DNA of 34,775 nt from an uncultured Candidatus Saccharibacteria bacterium (GCA_964362455.1 CAYIEJ010000001.1:1-34775); one strand, 5' to 3'; counted from the stretch's first letter, positions 8,652-16,638 are shown. Numbers and translations: made by a program. The notes: generated by a model from the sequence alone, not told the origin.

Positions 8652-10085
8652 TTATTTACCCCCACTTGAATTACCGAGAAGTAAAGAATTTATAAATTGT
8701 CTTGTCATTGGTCCAAAATAGCCTGTGCCCTTTATAAGATTCAAGGGTGCAAGAATTTCCTGCCAATTAATTTCTTGAAATTTTGTAACCGCTGCTTTTG
8801 TTAATGGCCCGAAATAATTAGTTTCGTTGCCAGGCGAACCGGGATCCGCGGTTTCGGTTAGCTTGAAATTTGAAGCGTTTAAAAACTTCTGCAGAGCCAG
8901 AATGTCGTTGCCTTTTATGCCTAAATAAAGGTCGCGGGTGAAGAGAGTTACGGTTGTTTGGGTTAGCGGCGTTGAAGTGGTTGTTGGATCGGTTGAGGTG
9001 GGGGTCGTGCCTGGCAGTTCAGCGATTTCTTGAATTAAATTGATAGTGTCTGTTGCTATATCAGAAATATTGGAATAAGCATCTCGGAATTTAACATACA
9101 CAGTTTTCAAACCTGTACCTGGTGATAAAGACCAATATTTTATCGTTATAAAATCCTCCCAAGGCGCGCCTTCAAAATCATCTCTGTTTGAAATCATCAT
9201 TTGAATACCGTTAGAACTGATGCCAAGCGCTAATACAACTTCGGTTATTGTTGTATTTTCTGCGCCTTCATTGATAAGAACTGTTGGATTGGTTGGCGCG
9301 CTGGCGTAGCCTGTGCCACTACTGCCTCCGGTTTGTTGGATGGCTTCAGTTTGAAAATTCAGTTCATTAGACGTTACGGCGTTGCCGGCATTATCACGGC
9401 TTGTTACTACAAAATAGTAAGTGGTTCCCGATTGTAAATTAGAGAGAACGATGCTGTGATCTTGCGATAGTGTGGCGTCAGATTCTTCCAAAGAATATGC
9501 GCCTGACGCAGTGCTGTATCGTACTTTTGAATCAGACGCTTCATTAGTGGTCCAACTCACAAGCGCGCTCGTATGGGTGATAGCTGAAGCAAATGGATTG
9601 GCCGTGATGGTTGGCGCGGTTGTGTCTGGCGGCGGAGGGTTTACGGTTATTGTCCAAGAGCAAGAAGCAACATCAGCTGATGCCCGTGGTTGAAATAATG
9701 TTGTAGTTTCGACTAAAGGATAAGAGCAGGCTCTTGTGGCAATGTTATTTGCGATAGCGATATTGACTCCGGCATCACTAAGATCGCATTTTATTAGCGC
9801 TTGATTAGTGCCAGCTGGCAGATTTGAAAAAGTCGCAGTTATTTGGGAATTAAATGGTCCGGTGCCAGAATTTGGGTTGGCTCCCAACGTACAACTAGCG
9901 GGTGGTGGCGGGCTTTGATCGGGATAACCACTACCACCACTGTCTCCCCCTTCGATAGGCAATATCGCCAATAAATATGTTTTTATTGGTATGTTAAGTT
10001 TATCGGCAATAAAAACAAATAAAATTATTAGAATAAATAAAACTAGTACTATCTTAGTCATTAATCTTTTACTCTTTTCTGTCAT
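8652..10085 (-). CDS. Secreted or membrane-anchored protein with a fibronectin type III domain and a C-terminal peptidoglycan-binding domain
   Basis: 477 aa with an N-terminal TM anchor. FN3-like segment: ALVSWTTNEASDSKVRYS...GTTYYFVVTSRDNAGN. C-terminal PG_binding_1-like repeat: GNDILALQKFLN...FGPLTKAAVTKFQ. Confidence 0.7.
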   Translation of the reverse strand: MTEKSKRLMTKIVLVLFILIILFVFIADKLNIPIKTYLLAILPIEGGDSGGSGYPDQSPPPPASCTLGANPNSGTGPFNSQITATFSNLPAGTNQALIKCDLSDAGVNIAIANNIATRACSYPLVETTTLFQPRASADVASCSWTITVNPPPPDTTAPTITANPFASAITHTSALVSWTTNEASDSKVRYSTASGAYSLEESDATLSQDHSIVLSNLQSGTTYYFVVTSRDNAGNAVTSNELNFQTEAIQQTGGSSGTGYASAPTNPTVLINEGAENTTITEVVLALGISSNGIQMMISNRDDFEGAPWEDFITIKYWSLSPGTGLKTVYVKFRDAYSNISDIATDTINLIQEIAELPGTTPTSTDPTTTSTPLTQTTVTLFTRDLYLGIKGNDILALQKFLNASNFKLTETADPGSPGNETNYFGPLTKAAVTKFQEINWQEILAPLNLIKGTGYFGPMTRQFINSLLLGNSSGGK

Positions 10086-10123
10086 TCAGAAATTATAGCA
10101 AATCAGCCCGTCTATTGCAAAAC

Positions 10124-11788
10124 CTAAAACGGAAGATTCATTATTGGTTTTTTTATTGGCGGTGGAGAATAATCAGTGACACTAATAGTAATAATTTCTG
10201 AATCAGAGCCGCCGCGGCCGTCTGTTGCGTTAAACGTAACGTTATACTGGCCAGAATCGCTATAGGTTGGCCGCCATCTGAAAATGCCTGTTTGCGCGTC
10301 AAATGAGAACTGGCTTGGCAGAACACTTACGGCATCAGTGGAATAAGTCAGTGTATCGCCGTTTCCATCAGTGGCGCTTAAATCAATCGTAAGCCATTGC
10401 GCTTCTTGCGTTGATTTATTTCCGATAGAAGCCATAACTGGCGCGATGTTTGTAGTAAGAGCGTTATAGGCATTGATACGGCCACCTTCAATTGCCGGGA
10501 AACCCGTGACTGGATCAGAAGTGTCAATCAATGCTTGTCTTATTTGACTTGCTGCAAGCACCGCGTTTGGTCTCGAAAGCATTAAACCGATAACGCCGGC
10601 AACAATTGGGGTGGAAAAAGAAGTACCGCTTCCACCGACGTAACTGTTATTTAAATAAGGCATAGAGATTCCATCTCCTGGTGCGGCAACATCAACCCAA
10701 GTTCCATAATTCGAGAAACTTGTTTTAGTGTCGGTCCAATCGGTAGCCGCAACCGCTATTACCTCATTATGGGCTGCTGGGTATACATAAGTTGAATTAT
10801 TATAATTACCAGCCGCAGCGATTAAAACGGCGCCGGCATTATATGCATCGGTTACGCCTTGTAGTAAGAGAGAATAATTGCTTGTAAAAGCCGCACTTAC
10901 TAAAATAACATCCGAGAAATTAGGGTTTTCTGGAATGCCCACCATTCCTGTGGGATTATTGACAGCAAATTCAAGTGCTGAGTAAACAGCACTTAGACTC
11001 ATGGCACCTTGACCGGTGGTACCACGCCAGCCGGCTTTAATCGGTAAAATCATACAGTTGGGACAAGTACCCGCTATTCCTAAACCATTGTTAGTTGCGG
11101 CACCAGCAATGCCGGCGACTCCGGTACCATGGCCGTAATCATCTTCTGGAGTAAAATCGTTATAAAGCGCGTCCCACCCCGGCAAAAGTTTTCCCACTAA
11201 ATCTTCGTGTGTCGATTCTACGCCAGTATCAATTATGGCGATTACTGTGGAAGAATTGCCGGTTTCAATATCCAAAGCTTCGGGTGCATCAATATCAGCA
11301 TCTGGTGTCCACCCCTCTGCTTGGCCGGTATTATGAAGACCCCACTGTGTTGTGAAATATGGATCCTCCGGCATCATTGCGAGAACGCCAATAAAATTTG
11401 GTTCAGCAATAAAGACAAACGGATTATTTTTTACTGAATCGGCAACAAGTTGTGGGTCGGTTTTTTCGTCAAACTTTAAAGTTAGAAATCTCTTACCGTG
11501 GGGCGAAATGCTTTTTTCAAGATTATTATTATGGAGTTTTTCAACAGAATCAATGGAAACCGGACTTGATGCTTTGATTGAAGATATTAATTCTTCGTCG
11601 CTTAAATTGCTTTCACGTGTTAAAACCAAAAGTTCGCCCGGCACAAATGGATTTTCATTTATTTGGATTTGAGGCGGCAAAATTTGGAGCGGCGCCGCTT
11701 GAATAGGAGTAGTAATTAAAACGATTAAAAGAATAGGAATTATTCCGAGAAAAACCGGGCTTTGTTTAATCTGTTTAAACCTGCCCAT
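10124..11788 (-). CDS. Secreted subtilisin-family (S8) serine protease with a C-terminal Ig/cadherin-like domain
   Basis: 554 aa with a signal peptide (...TTPIQA/AP). Asp-His-Ser triad contexts are IAIIDTGV, HGTGVAGIAG and GTSFSTPIVAG. C-terminal module: DGNGDTLTYS...NATDGRGGSD. Confidence 0.88.
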   Translation of the reverse strand: MGRFKQIKQSPVFLGIIPILLIVLITTPIQAAPLQILPPQIQINENPFVPGELLVLTRESNLSDEELISSIKASSPVSIDSVEKLHNNNLEKSISPHGKRFLTLKFDEKTDPQLVADSVKNNPFVFIAEPNFIGVLAMMPEDPYFTTQWGLHNTGQAEGWTPDADIDAPEALDIETGNSSTVIAIIDTGVESTHEDLVGKLLPGWDALYNDFTPEDDYGHGTGVAGIAGAATNNGLGIAGTCPNCMILPIKAGWRGTTGQGAMSLSAVYSALEFAVNNPTGMVGIPENPNFSDVILVSAAFTSNYSLLLQGVTDAYNAGAVLIAAAGNYNNSTYVYPAAHNEVIAVAATDWTDTKTSFSNYGTWVDVAAPGDGISMPYLNNSYVGGSGTSFSTPIVAGVIGLMLSRPNAVLAASQIRQALIDTSDPVTGFPAIEGGRINAYNALTTNIAPVMASIGNKSTQEAQWLTIDLSATDGNGDTLTYSTDAVSVLPSQFSFDAQTGIFRWRPTYSDSGQYNVTFNATDGRGGSDSEIITISVTDYSPPPIKKPIMNLPF

Positions 11789-11861
11789 CTTAATATTCCA
11801 TCATACTCCTTTTCGACTCTTTGTCAAGGGCCAGGGTGTGCACAATTCAGTTAGGCAAACC

Positions 11862-11893
11862 AAGCAATTTTATCGCGGTTTTCTCCATGTTTT
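11862..11893. repeat. Copy A of a 32-nt imperfect direct repeat (partner at 13724..13755)
   Basis: aagcaattttatcgcggttttctccatgtttt versus aagtaattttatcgcggttttcgctatgtttt gives 29/32 identity. Both copies also have taggcaa upstream (11852-11858 and 13696-13702). Confidence 0.8.
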
Positions 11894-11931
11894 CTGTCGC
11901 ACTGAAGTTCAACTTCTACAAGTTCTATTCT

Positions 11932-12453
11932 TTAGAACTTATTGTTTTGGGAGTTTTTTCTCTTTAATCCTTTTTCTAATTTATTATTTATTTTCTGTGA
12001 GTACTTCTCGAGCGGATTAAGACCAACCTTTTTTCTTCGGCTGTTAATCATCTTTTTATCTTTAATCGGAAACAACTCGAGTTTCTGCCCAACTCGTCTG
12101 AACTGTGTTCCGTATAATTGCCTGCCTTCTCGTTTGATAAGAATCCTATCAGTCAGAAAGGCCTCATCTTTTTTACTGAAGCAGCACCTTTTGAGACAAG
12201 CTTTTTGAAGTTCAATGTCAAAATCTTGATGCTGAATTAATAACCAAAAATTGTGCAACCCCCCCTTTCCTATAAGTTTCAAATTAGGATAGCCGTATAG
12301 TTCTATTATTTTTTTTATTCGATAATTATGAACCCAATCAATAGCATAAATTAAAAAATTTATTGGGCCCCGCCCTCGTTTTGCCTGCCCCCGCAAATCT
12401 TGATCAACTTTATACATTTCGTTGATCTGTTTTGCTAAAGTTTTATTTATCAT
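11932..12453 (-). CDS. Hypothetical protein (173 aa, basic C-terminus)
   Basis: Clean ORF with no motif I can assign. It starts immediately after the terminator of the ATP-grasp gene. Confidence 0.55.
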   Translation of the reverse strand: MINKTLAKQINEMYKVDQDLRGQAKRGRGPINFLIYAIDWVHNYRIKKIIELYGYPNLKLIGKGGLHNFWLLIQHQDFDIELQKACLKRCCFSKKDEAFLTDRILIKREGRQLYGTQFRRVGQKLELFPIKDKKMINSRRKKVGLNPLEKYSQKINNKLEKGLKRKNSQNNKF

Positions 12454-12454
12454 G

Positions 12455-12488
12455 AAATATAAAAGGGAATAGAAGAATCTCTATTCCC
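12455..12488 (-). terminator. Rho-independent terminator closing the graspetide mini-operon
   Basis: Perfect 9-bp stem GGGAATAGA/TCTATTCCC (12465-12473 / 12480-12488) with a 6-nt loop, followed on the minus strand by UUUUAUAUUU. Confidence 0.75.
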
Positions 12489-12497
12489 ATTCTAATA

Positions 12498-13460
12498 TCA
12501 AATGAGTAGATCTGCAATTGCTTTAGCGATTTCCATGTTGGTCCGTAGTTGTACAAAATACCATTGACCGTTTGGATTAACCTCTAAAAATATATATTCA
12601 CCTGAAGGGGTCACAATCATATCAATGCACCCATATTTAAGCTCCATCTTTTTCATAAAGGAGAAAATTTTACTTACAACCTCTTCGGGCAATACCGTCG
12701 GTTCCATTTTTACATCAAAGTCATTAAGCTTTGGTTTTCTCCGCCAATCGACCGCCGTTTCTTCGTCTTGCTGCGAGAGAATTTTCACGGGGAAAATTCT
12801 ATCACCAACTACAGTAATTCTGAGCTCATAACCTTTAGGAATGTTTGCCTGAAATATCGAGGGCGAAAATCTAACAGAATCTATATTATCCATCTGTTCC
12901 GGTTTTACCCGATTTGTATAAACTACGTGGTCAAGAATCGGACTAGCGGCAAATAACTTAACTATAATATCTCGCGAGTGTGTCTCAAAAAAATCCCGTA
13001 CTTGATCGGGACTAGACGTAATAAGCGTATTAGGGACCGTAAATCCGCATTCCACGGCAACACAAAGTTGATAAATTTTATTTTCAGCCGCAAACGCCGT
13101 CCAAGAATCATTTATCCATTTTTTATGGGAGAGTAGGGTCCAGAGTGCGCGCCCCATTTCATCAAACTGACGATGGATAAACTGTCGATGTTCTGCTGGT
13201 TCATATTGTAGTAGTTCTCTAGGTAAATGCGGATGCATATACCACACAGTAGAGAAGATATCTGTATCGTATTTGACGTTATCTATCACTACGAAATATC
13301 GCGGCTTGCCGTCAATAACTTCAAAAGTGAGGTAATCGTCTTCCAAGCATTTATCTTGTTTAAAAAGTATAGCATTTTCGCCGCGCCTGCCGAGTTCTTC
13401 TAAAACCAATTTGAATGCCGCTACCTCATAAGAACCAGAATTTCCGATTGCAAGTATCAT
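12498..13460 (-). CDS. ATP-grasp peptide ligase of the graspetide/microviridin type (MdnC/MvdD-like omega-ester macrocyclase)
   Basis: About 320 aa. Blocks resemble MdnC as I recall it: FSPSIFQANIPKGYELRITVVGDRIF, AVDWRRK, YGCIDMIVTPSGEYIFLEVNPNGQW. The ATG at 13460 has AAAGGAG 6 nt upstream, so I prefer it to the track start at 13466. Confidence 0.85.
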   Translation of the reverse strand: MILAIGNSGSYEVAAFKLVLEELGRRGENAILFKQDKCLEDDYLTFEVIDGKPRYFVVIDNVKYDTDIFSTVWYMHPHLPRELLQYEPAEHRQFIHRQFDEMGRALWTLLSHKKWINDSWTAFAAENKIYQLCVAVECGFTVPNTLITSSPDQVRDFFETHSRDIIVKLFAASPILDHVVYTNRVKPEQMDNIDSVRFSPSIFQANIPKGYELRITVVGDRIFPVKILSQQDEETAVDWRRKPKLNDFDVKMEPTVLPEEVVSKIFSFMKKMELKYGCIDMIVTPSGEYIFLEVNPNGQWYFVQLRTNMEIAKAIADLLI

Positions 13461-13501
13461 CGTCATCTCCTTTCAGTGTGCTTTGCCGAATCCCAATTAT
13501 T

Positions 13502-13530
13502 AAGGGGGAGAAAATGAGTTTCTCCCCCTT
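13502..13530 (-). promoter_or_regulatory. Strong intercistronic hairpin between the precursor and ATP-grasp genes
   Basis: Perfect 12-bp stem AAGGGGGAGAAA/TTTCTCCCCCTT with a 5-nt loop. There is no clear U-tract after it on the minus strand. Confidence 0.7.
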
Positions 13531-13541
13531 AGACCTCACTT

Positions 13542-13643
13542 TCAGGCGCTGTCGTAACAATCGATGTCATCGTAGGTGCCTGTAGTCGTGGGAGAAAACG
13601 CACCTTCCCGCTTTTCCAAGAAATGTAGGATAAACGGCACCAT
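13542..13643 (-). CDS. Graspetide precursor peptide (33 aa), absent from the ORF track
   Basis: Hand translation gives MVPFILHFLEKREGAFSPTTTGTYDDIDCYDSA. A purine-rich SD (AAGGAAGGGGGTGA) lies about 10 nt upstream. The leader has a PFxxxFL motif like the microviridin PFFARFL recognition motif. The core is rich in Thr/Ser donors and Asp acceptors. It lies directly upstream of the ATP-grasp gene on the same strand. Confidence 0.8.
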   Translation of the reverse strand: MVPFILHFLEKREGAFSPTTTGTYDDIDCYDSA

Positions 13644-13723
13644 TTGTGTTACTCACCCCCTTCCTTATTGGGTTTTCGAGGTTCTGCGATAAAGGTAGGC
13701 AATCCTTTGCTATTTGTCAAATT

Positions 13724-13755
13724 AAGTAATTTTATCGCGGTTTTCGCTATGTTTT
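13724..13755. repeat. Copy B of the 32-nt imperfect direct repeat (partner at 11862..11893)
   Basis: See copy A. It lies 81-112 nt upstream of the precursor ATG on the minus strand. Copy A lies 74-105 nt upstream of the S8 protease ATG. Confidence 0.8.
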
Positions 13756-13784
13756 TTAGTTTTTATTATCTACAATTGTGTTAT

Positions 13785-14594
13785 ATGAAGCGGTTTCGTT
13801 GTATTATCCCAAAATTAGAAACCCGGAATTCGCGTGAGATTTTTATGCTCTTCTCTGCTATGAATTTAATGGGTTACAACGAAGAAAATAATCCTCGCGG
13901 CATGTCAGATGAAAGAAAACGTGTGAGAAATGTTCTGCGTGCATATGACTGGCGGAATAAATATCCGCGCCTCGCTAGTGTTATCAAAAAACATCACCCA
14001 TGGTATCTCGTGCGATGGATACTTTTAAAAGATAAACGCCTTTCTGATTTAGAAAGGTTTGCGCAAGAAAAAGATGTCCAAAAGCAGTGGAATGAATTAA
14101 AGATACGTTTCAAACAAAAGACAAAAAAAATTGCCACCATATTTGAAAGAGAGACGAATCGACTTATAACTTTTATTGGCACGCCGCCGAAGCAACTCAA
14201 GAAAATTATACTTATCGTCAATCCCCTTGATGCTTATTGGCGAGGATACGCTTTTAACATTAAGGGTACCGGTTATATCATTGTCGGTCCTGAAGCCGAG
14301 AAAAATGGTGGCCGACTTATCAGACATGAACTTTTGCATCTTTTTACGCCCACAATTCAAATTTCTAAAAACATAATTGTCGATCAACGCCATAGACGTT
14401 TAATTGCTCAAGGATATGGCAGTAATAGTGCCATCAAAAATGAATATGTGGTTCGTAGTTTAAATCTCCTTTACCAAAGAGGGATATTAAAAAAGAATAT
14501 CTCGCAAGCCATTAAAAATGAAGAAAATGACTTCCCTCACATTAGGAAAGTTATGCAGATTATTATGGTGAAATTAAAGCGGGGCGTCCGGTAA
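13785..14594 (+). CDS. Hypothetical HExxH protein (putative zinc metallopeptidase), HELLH
   Basis: The ORF contains GGRLIRHELLHLF. I prefer the ATG at 13785 (MKRFRC...). The track start at 13644 is a TTG that would overlap the divergent precursor gene and its upstream region. Confidence 0.6.
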   Translation: MKRFRCIIPKLETRNSREIFMLFSAMNLMGYNEENNPRGMSDERKRVRNVLRAYDWRNKYPRLASVIKKHHPWYLVRWILLKDKRLSDLERFAQEKDVQKQWNELKIRFKQKTKKIATIFERETNRLITFIGTPPKQLKKIILIVNPLDAYWRGYAFNIKGTGYIIVGPEAEKNGGRLIRHELLHLFTPTIQISKNIIVDQRHRRLIAQGYGSNSAIKNEYVVRSLNLLYQRGILKKNISQAIKNEENDFPHIRKVMQIIMVKLKRGVR

Positions 14595-14629
14595 TTCATA
14601 AAAATATTTTCAGGGCAGATTTTAATGAA

Positions 14630-14833
14630 TTGGATAGCGAATTTTTCAGTAAAGTAGTCAATCCTTTACTTACCATTTCTGTTATCAATGATGTTGCGAG
14701 GAGTTGTGGTAGATTACGAGAGATTGAAATTTTAAAGGAAATTGAACGATTCTGGACTGAAGGCAAAAATATTTTTATTGTGTATGGTCAAACACACGCT
14801 GTGATTCAAGAGCCGGTCTTAAAAACATTGTAA
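14630..14833 (+). CDS. Doubtful small ORF or gene fragment (67 aa, TTG start only)
   Basis: The frame is open from 14546 with no ATG and no recognisable RBS. It may be a remnant of a larger gene. Confidence 0.25.
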   Translation: MDSEFFSKVVNPLLTISVINDVARSCGRLREIEILKEIERFWTEGKNIFIVYGQTHAVIQEPVLKTL

Positions 14834-14889
14834 AAGATTATATAAGATTTCAGATTATTTGAGTGTATGGAACCTTTTAATAATTCAAA

Positions 14890-15369
14890 GTGAAAAAGAG
14901 TTATAAAAAAATAGTAAATACTTTTAGAAAGGTAGTTTGTACGCTCAATCGAATAGGAGTTGAACCAGTGATTTATGGATCGTTGGGCTTGCATCTTCTG
15001 ACTGGTAAAAATGTAAAAATAAATGATATCGATTTTCTTCTTCAAGATTCTGATTTCGACCGGAAATGGGATGATATAAAAACAATTCTAGAAGCAGATT
15101 ACTGCAAACTAGATCCGAAACATAAACAAGAATTTAAGTGCCAGGATTTGTTTGTATCTTTTTTGAAGATTAAAGACGTTTCGCAACTTACCAAAATTAA
15201 TTTTTCAAGATTGAAAAAGTATAGATATGGCGGAGGAATATATCGTAATTTAAACCCGAAACAATATTTAGATTTTTATGAAAAAAGATCTAAAAAAAGG
15301 AATAATTCAAAAATAAAAAGGAAAAAGGATTTAGAGAAAATTGAATTAATTAAAAATTATTTGAGCTAA
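14890..15369 (+). CDS. Nucleotidyltransferase-fold protein (Lnu/aminoglycoside-NTase-like minimal NTase)
   Basis: 159 aa with a GTG start. The segment VEPVIYGSLGLHLLTGKNVKINDIDFLL matches the GS...DxD pattern of pol-beta-superfamily NTases. Size is similar to lincosamide nucleotidyltransferases. Confidence 0.5.
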   Translation: MKKSYKKIVNTFRKVVCTLNRIGVEPVIYGSLGLHLLTGKNVKINDIDFLLQDSDFDRKWDDIKTILEADYCKLDPKHKQEFKCQDLFVSFLKIKDVSQLTKINFSRLKKYRYGGGIYRNLNPKQYLDFYEKRSKKRNNSKIKRKKDLEKIELIKNYLS

Positions 15370-15412
15370 TAATCAGCAAATTATCAAATTTTGCTATATA
15401 ATTAAACGATCC

Positions 15413-16057
15413 ATGCTTTATAAGCTAAATCTGAACGAGATCAGAGATAAGTCTATTGAAAGAACCTTTCGTGAATCAATGAAAGAGTTCAGTAAATTTT
15501 ATGGCATCAACTGGATAAAAAACACGCCAAAAATTATCTTTCTTCAAAATAGAAAATCAATTAATTTATTACGCGGTCAGAAAACCGAACCGTGGCTAGT
15601 TGGCTGGGCTAATGACAAAACGCGAATAATTTTTATTCTGGACCGAGATAATTTTGAAAAAGAAAGTTGCCATAAATATTCTAAGGAACGCTATTCCGTT
15701 TTAATTAAACACGAGCTTAGTCATTTATTTTATTATATACTTTCCGGCGCTATGTACACTCCAAAATGGTTGGTTGAGGGTGTGGCAATTTTTACCGCTG
15801 GTCAAAATAAATTTAAGAAAAAGCCTGATAAATTCAAAAGTTTCTTGGCATTTGATGACAAGGCCACCCCTGGAGTATATGCGGAATCAGGTTTCGTTAT
15901 TGAAACGCTAGTTAAAAAATTCGGTAAAAATAAATTAATAAAGTTAATTAAATCGTTGCGAGACGTATCTAACAAAGAGCAATTTAATAAAATTTTCCAA
16001 AAAATTTATGGGTTTAAAATGGGTTATGAAGTCATGAATAAATATTATAAAAGTTAA
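15413..16057 (+). CDS. Peptidase MA-like gluzincin (HELSH ... EG), putative zinc metallopeptidase
   Basis: 214 aa. VLIKHELSHLFYYILSGAMYTPKWLVEGVAIF gives HExxH plus a downstream Glu in an EGxA context, typical of Peptidase_MA_2-like domains. Confidence 0.65.
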   Translation: MLYKLNLNEIRDKSIERTFRESMKEFSKFYGINWIKNTPKIIFLQNRKSINLLRGQKTEPWLVGWANDKTRIIFILDRDNFEKESCHKYSKERYSVLIKHELSHLFYYILSGAMYTPKWLVEGVAIFTAGQNKFKKKPDKFKSFLAFDDKATPGVYAESGFVIETLVKKFGKNKLIKLIKSLRDVSNKEQFNKIFQKIYGFKMGYEVMNKYYKS

Positions 16058-16076
16058 TTTCAAACCAGATTAATAT

Positions 16077-16547
16077 TTATTCATTTTTTAGAATCTTTAG
16101 AATCGTATTAACTACAAACTCCTTTTGTAAATGTTCGATATTATACTTTTTGATAAATGGTTCAAGCATTATATGGATCATTTCGTGCATAATAGTATTT
16201 ATTGCATCGAGGTGAGTGTTAAGGTTAATAGTAACAGTATTATTACTCGCGTTATAAAAACCGAGCGGTCCATAATTTGAAATCTCAACAGTAAATTTGG
16301 TTTCTCCCGGTTCGTGAAAAAAGACAGATAGTCGTTCTGTAAACCCCCGTTCTCTCTTGGCCCACTCTATTTCAATCCATTTTTTGTAACTTTCATATTT
16401 TTTCGTATCGTATTCCTCTTCCACGGTTTGTTGAGGCCAGGTGAATTTTATTTTGTTGGTTTTTAAAAACTCCATGTTCCTTCGAACCATATCAAAAATA
16501 TCTTTTTCTCGTTTAATGGAACAAATGATAAATTTTACGTTTGGCAT
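16077..16547 (-). CDS. SprT-like / minimal zincin HExxH protein (HEMIH)
   Basis: 156 aa. NNTVTINLNTHLDAINTIMHEMIHIMLEP resembles the SprT/WLM-type strand, helix and HExxH arrangement. Confidence 0.55.
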   Translation of the reverse strand: MPNVKFIICSIKREKDIFDMVRRNMEFLKTNKIKFTWPQQTVEEEYDTKKYESYKKWIEIEWAKRERGFTERLSVFFHEPGETKFTVEISNYGPLGFYNASNNTVTINLNTHLDAINTIMHEMIHIMLEPFIKKYNIEHLQKEFVVNTILKILKNE

Positions 16548-16581
16548 ATTAATAATTATTCTAAATTAATAGAAAAATATA

Positions 16582-16633
16582 AAGGCGGAGAGAAGTGATT
16601 CTCCCCGCCTTAGCGGACGAAACGATCCGCTAC
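16582..16633 (-). terminator. Tandem hairpins: orphaned terminator downstream of the dnaJ 3' remnant
   Basis: Minus strand shows UAGCGGA-(8)-UCCGCUA (7 bp), then AAGGCGGGGAGAA-(4)-UUCUCUCCGCCUU (13 bp including one G-U), followed by UAUAUUUUU. The second stem is fully paired only on the minus-strand transcript. Confidence 0.7.
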
Positions 16634-16638
16634 GCATT

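Noticed and set aside
11838-12208. Plus-strand ORFs 11838..12020 and 11942..12208.
   Set aside because: They overlap direct-repeat copy A and the antisense strand of the 173-aa gene. The repeat is read in a different frame in its second copy, which argues against coding.
13644-13784. N-terminal 47 residues of the track ORF 13644..14594 (TTG start).
   Set aside because: The TTG abuts the precursor start codon on the other strand and the extension would read through the shared upstream repeat. An in-frame ATG at 13785 gives a sensible start. The extension is treated as non-coding.
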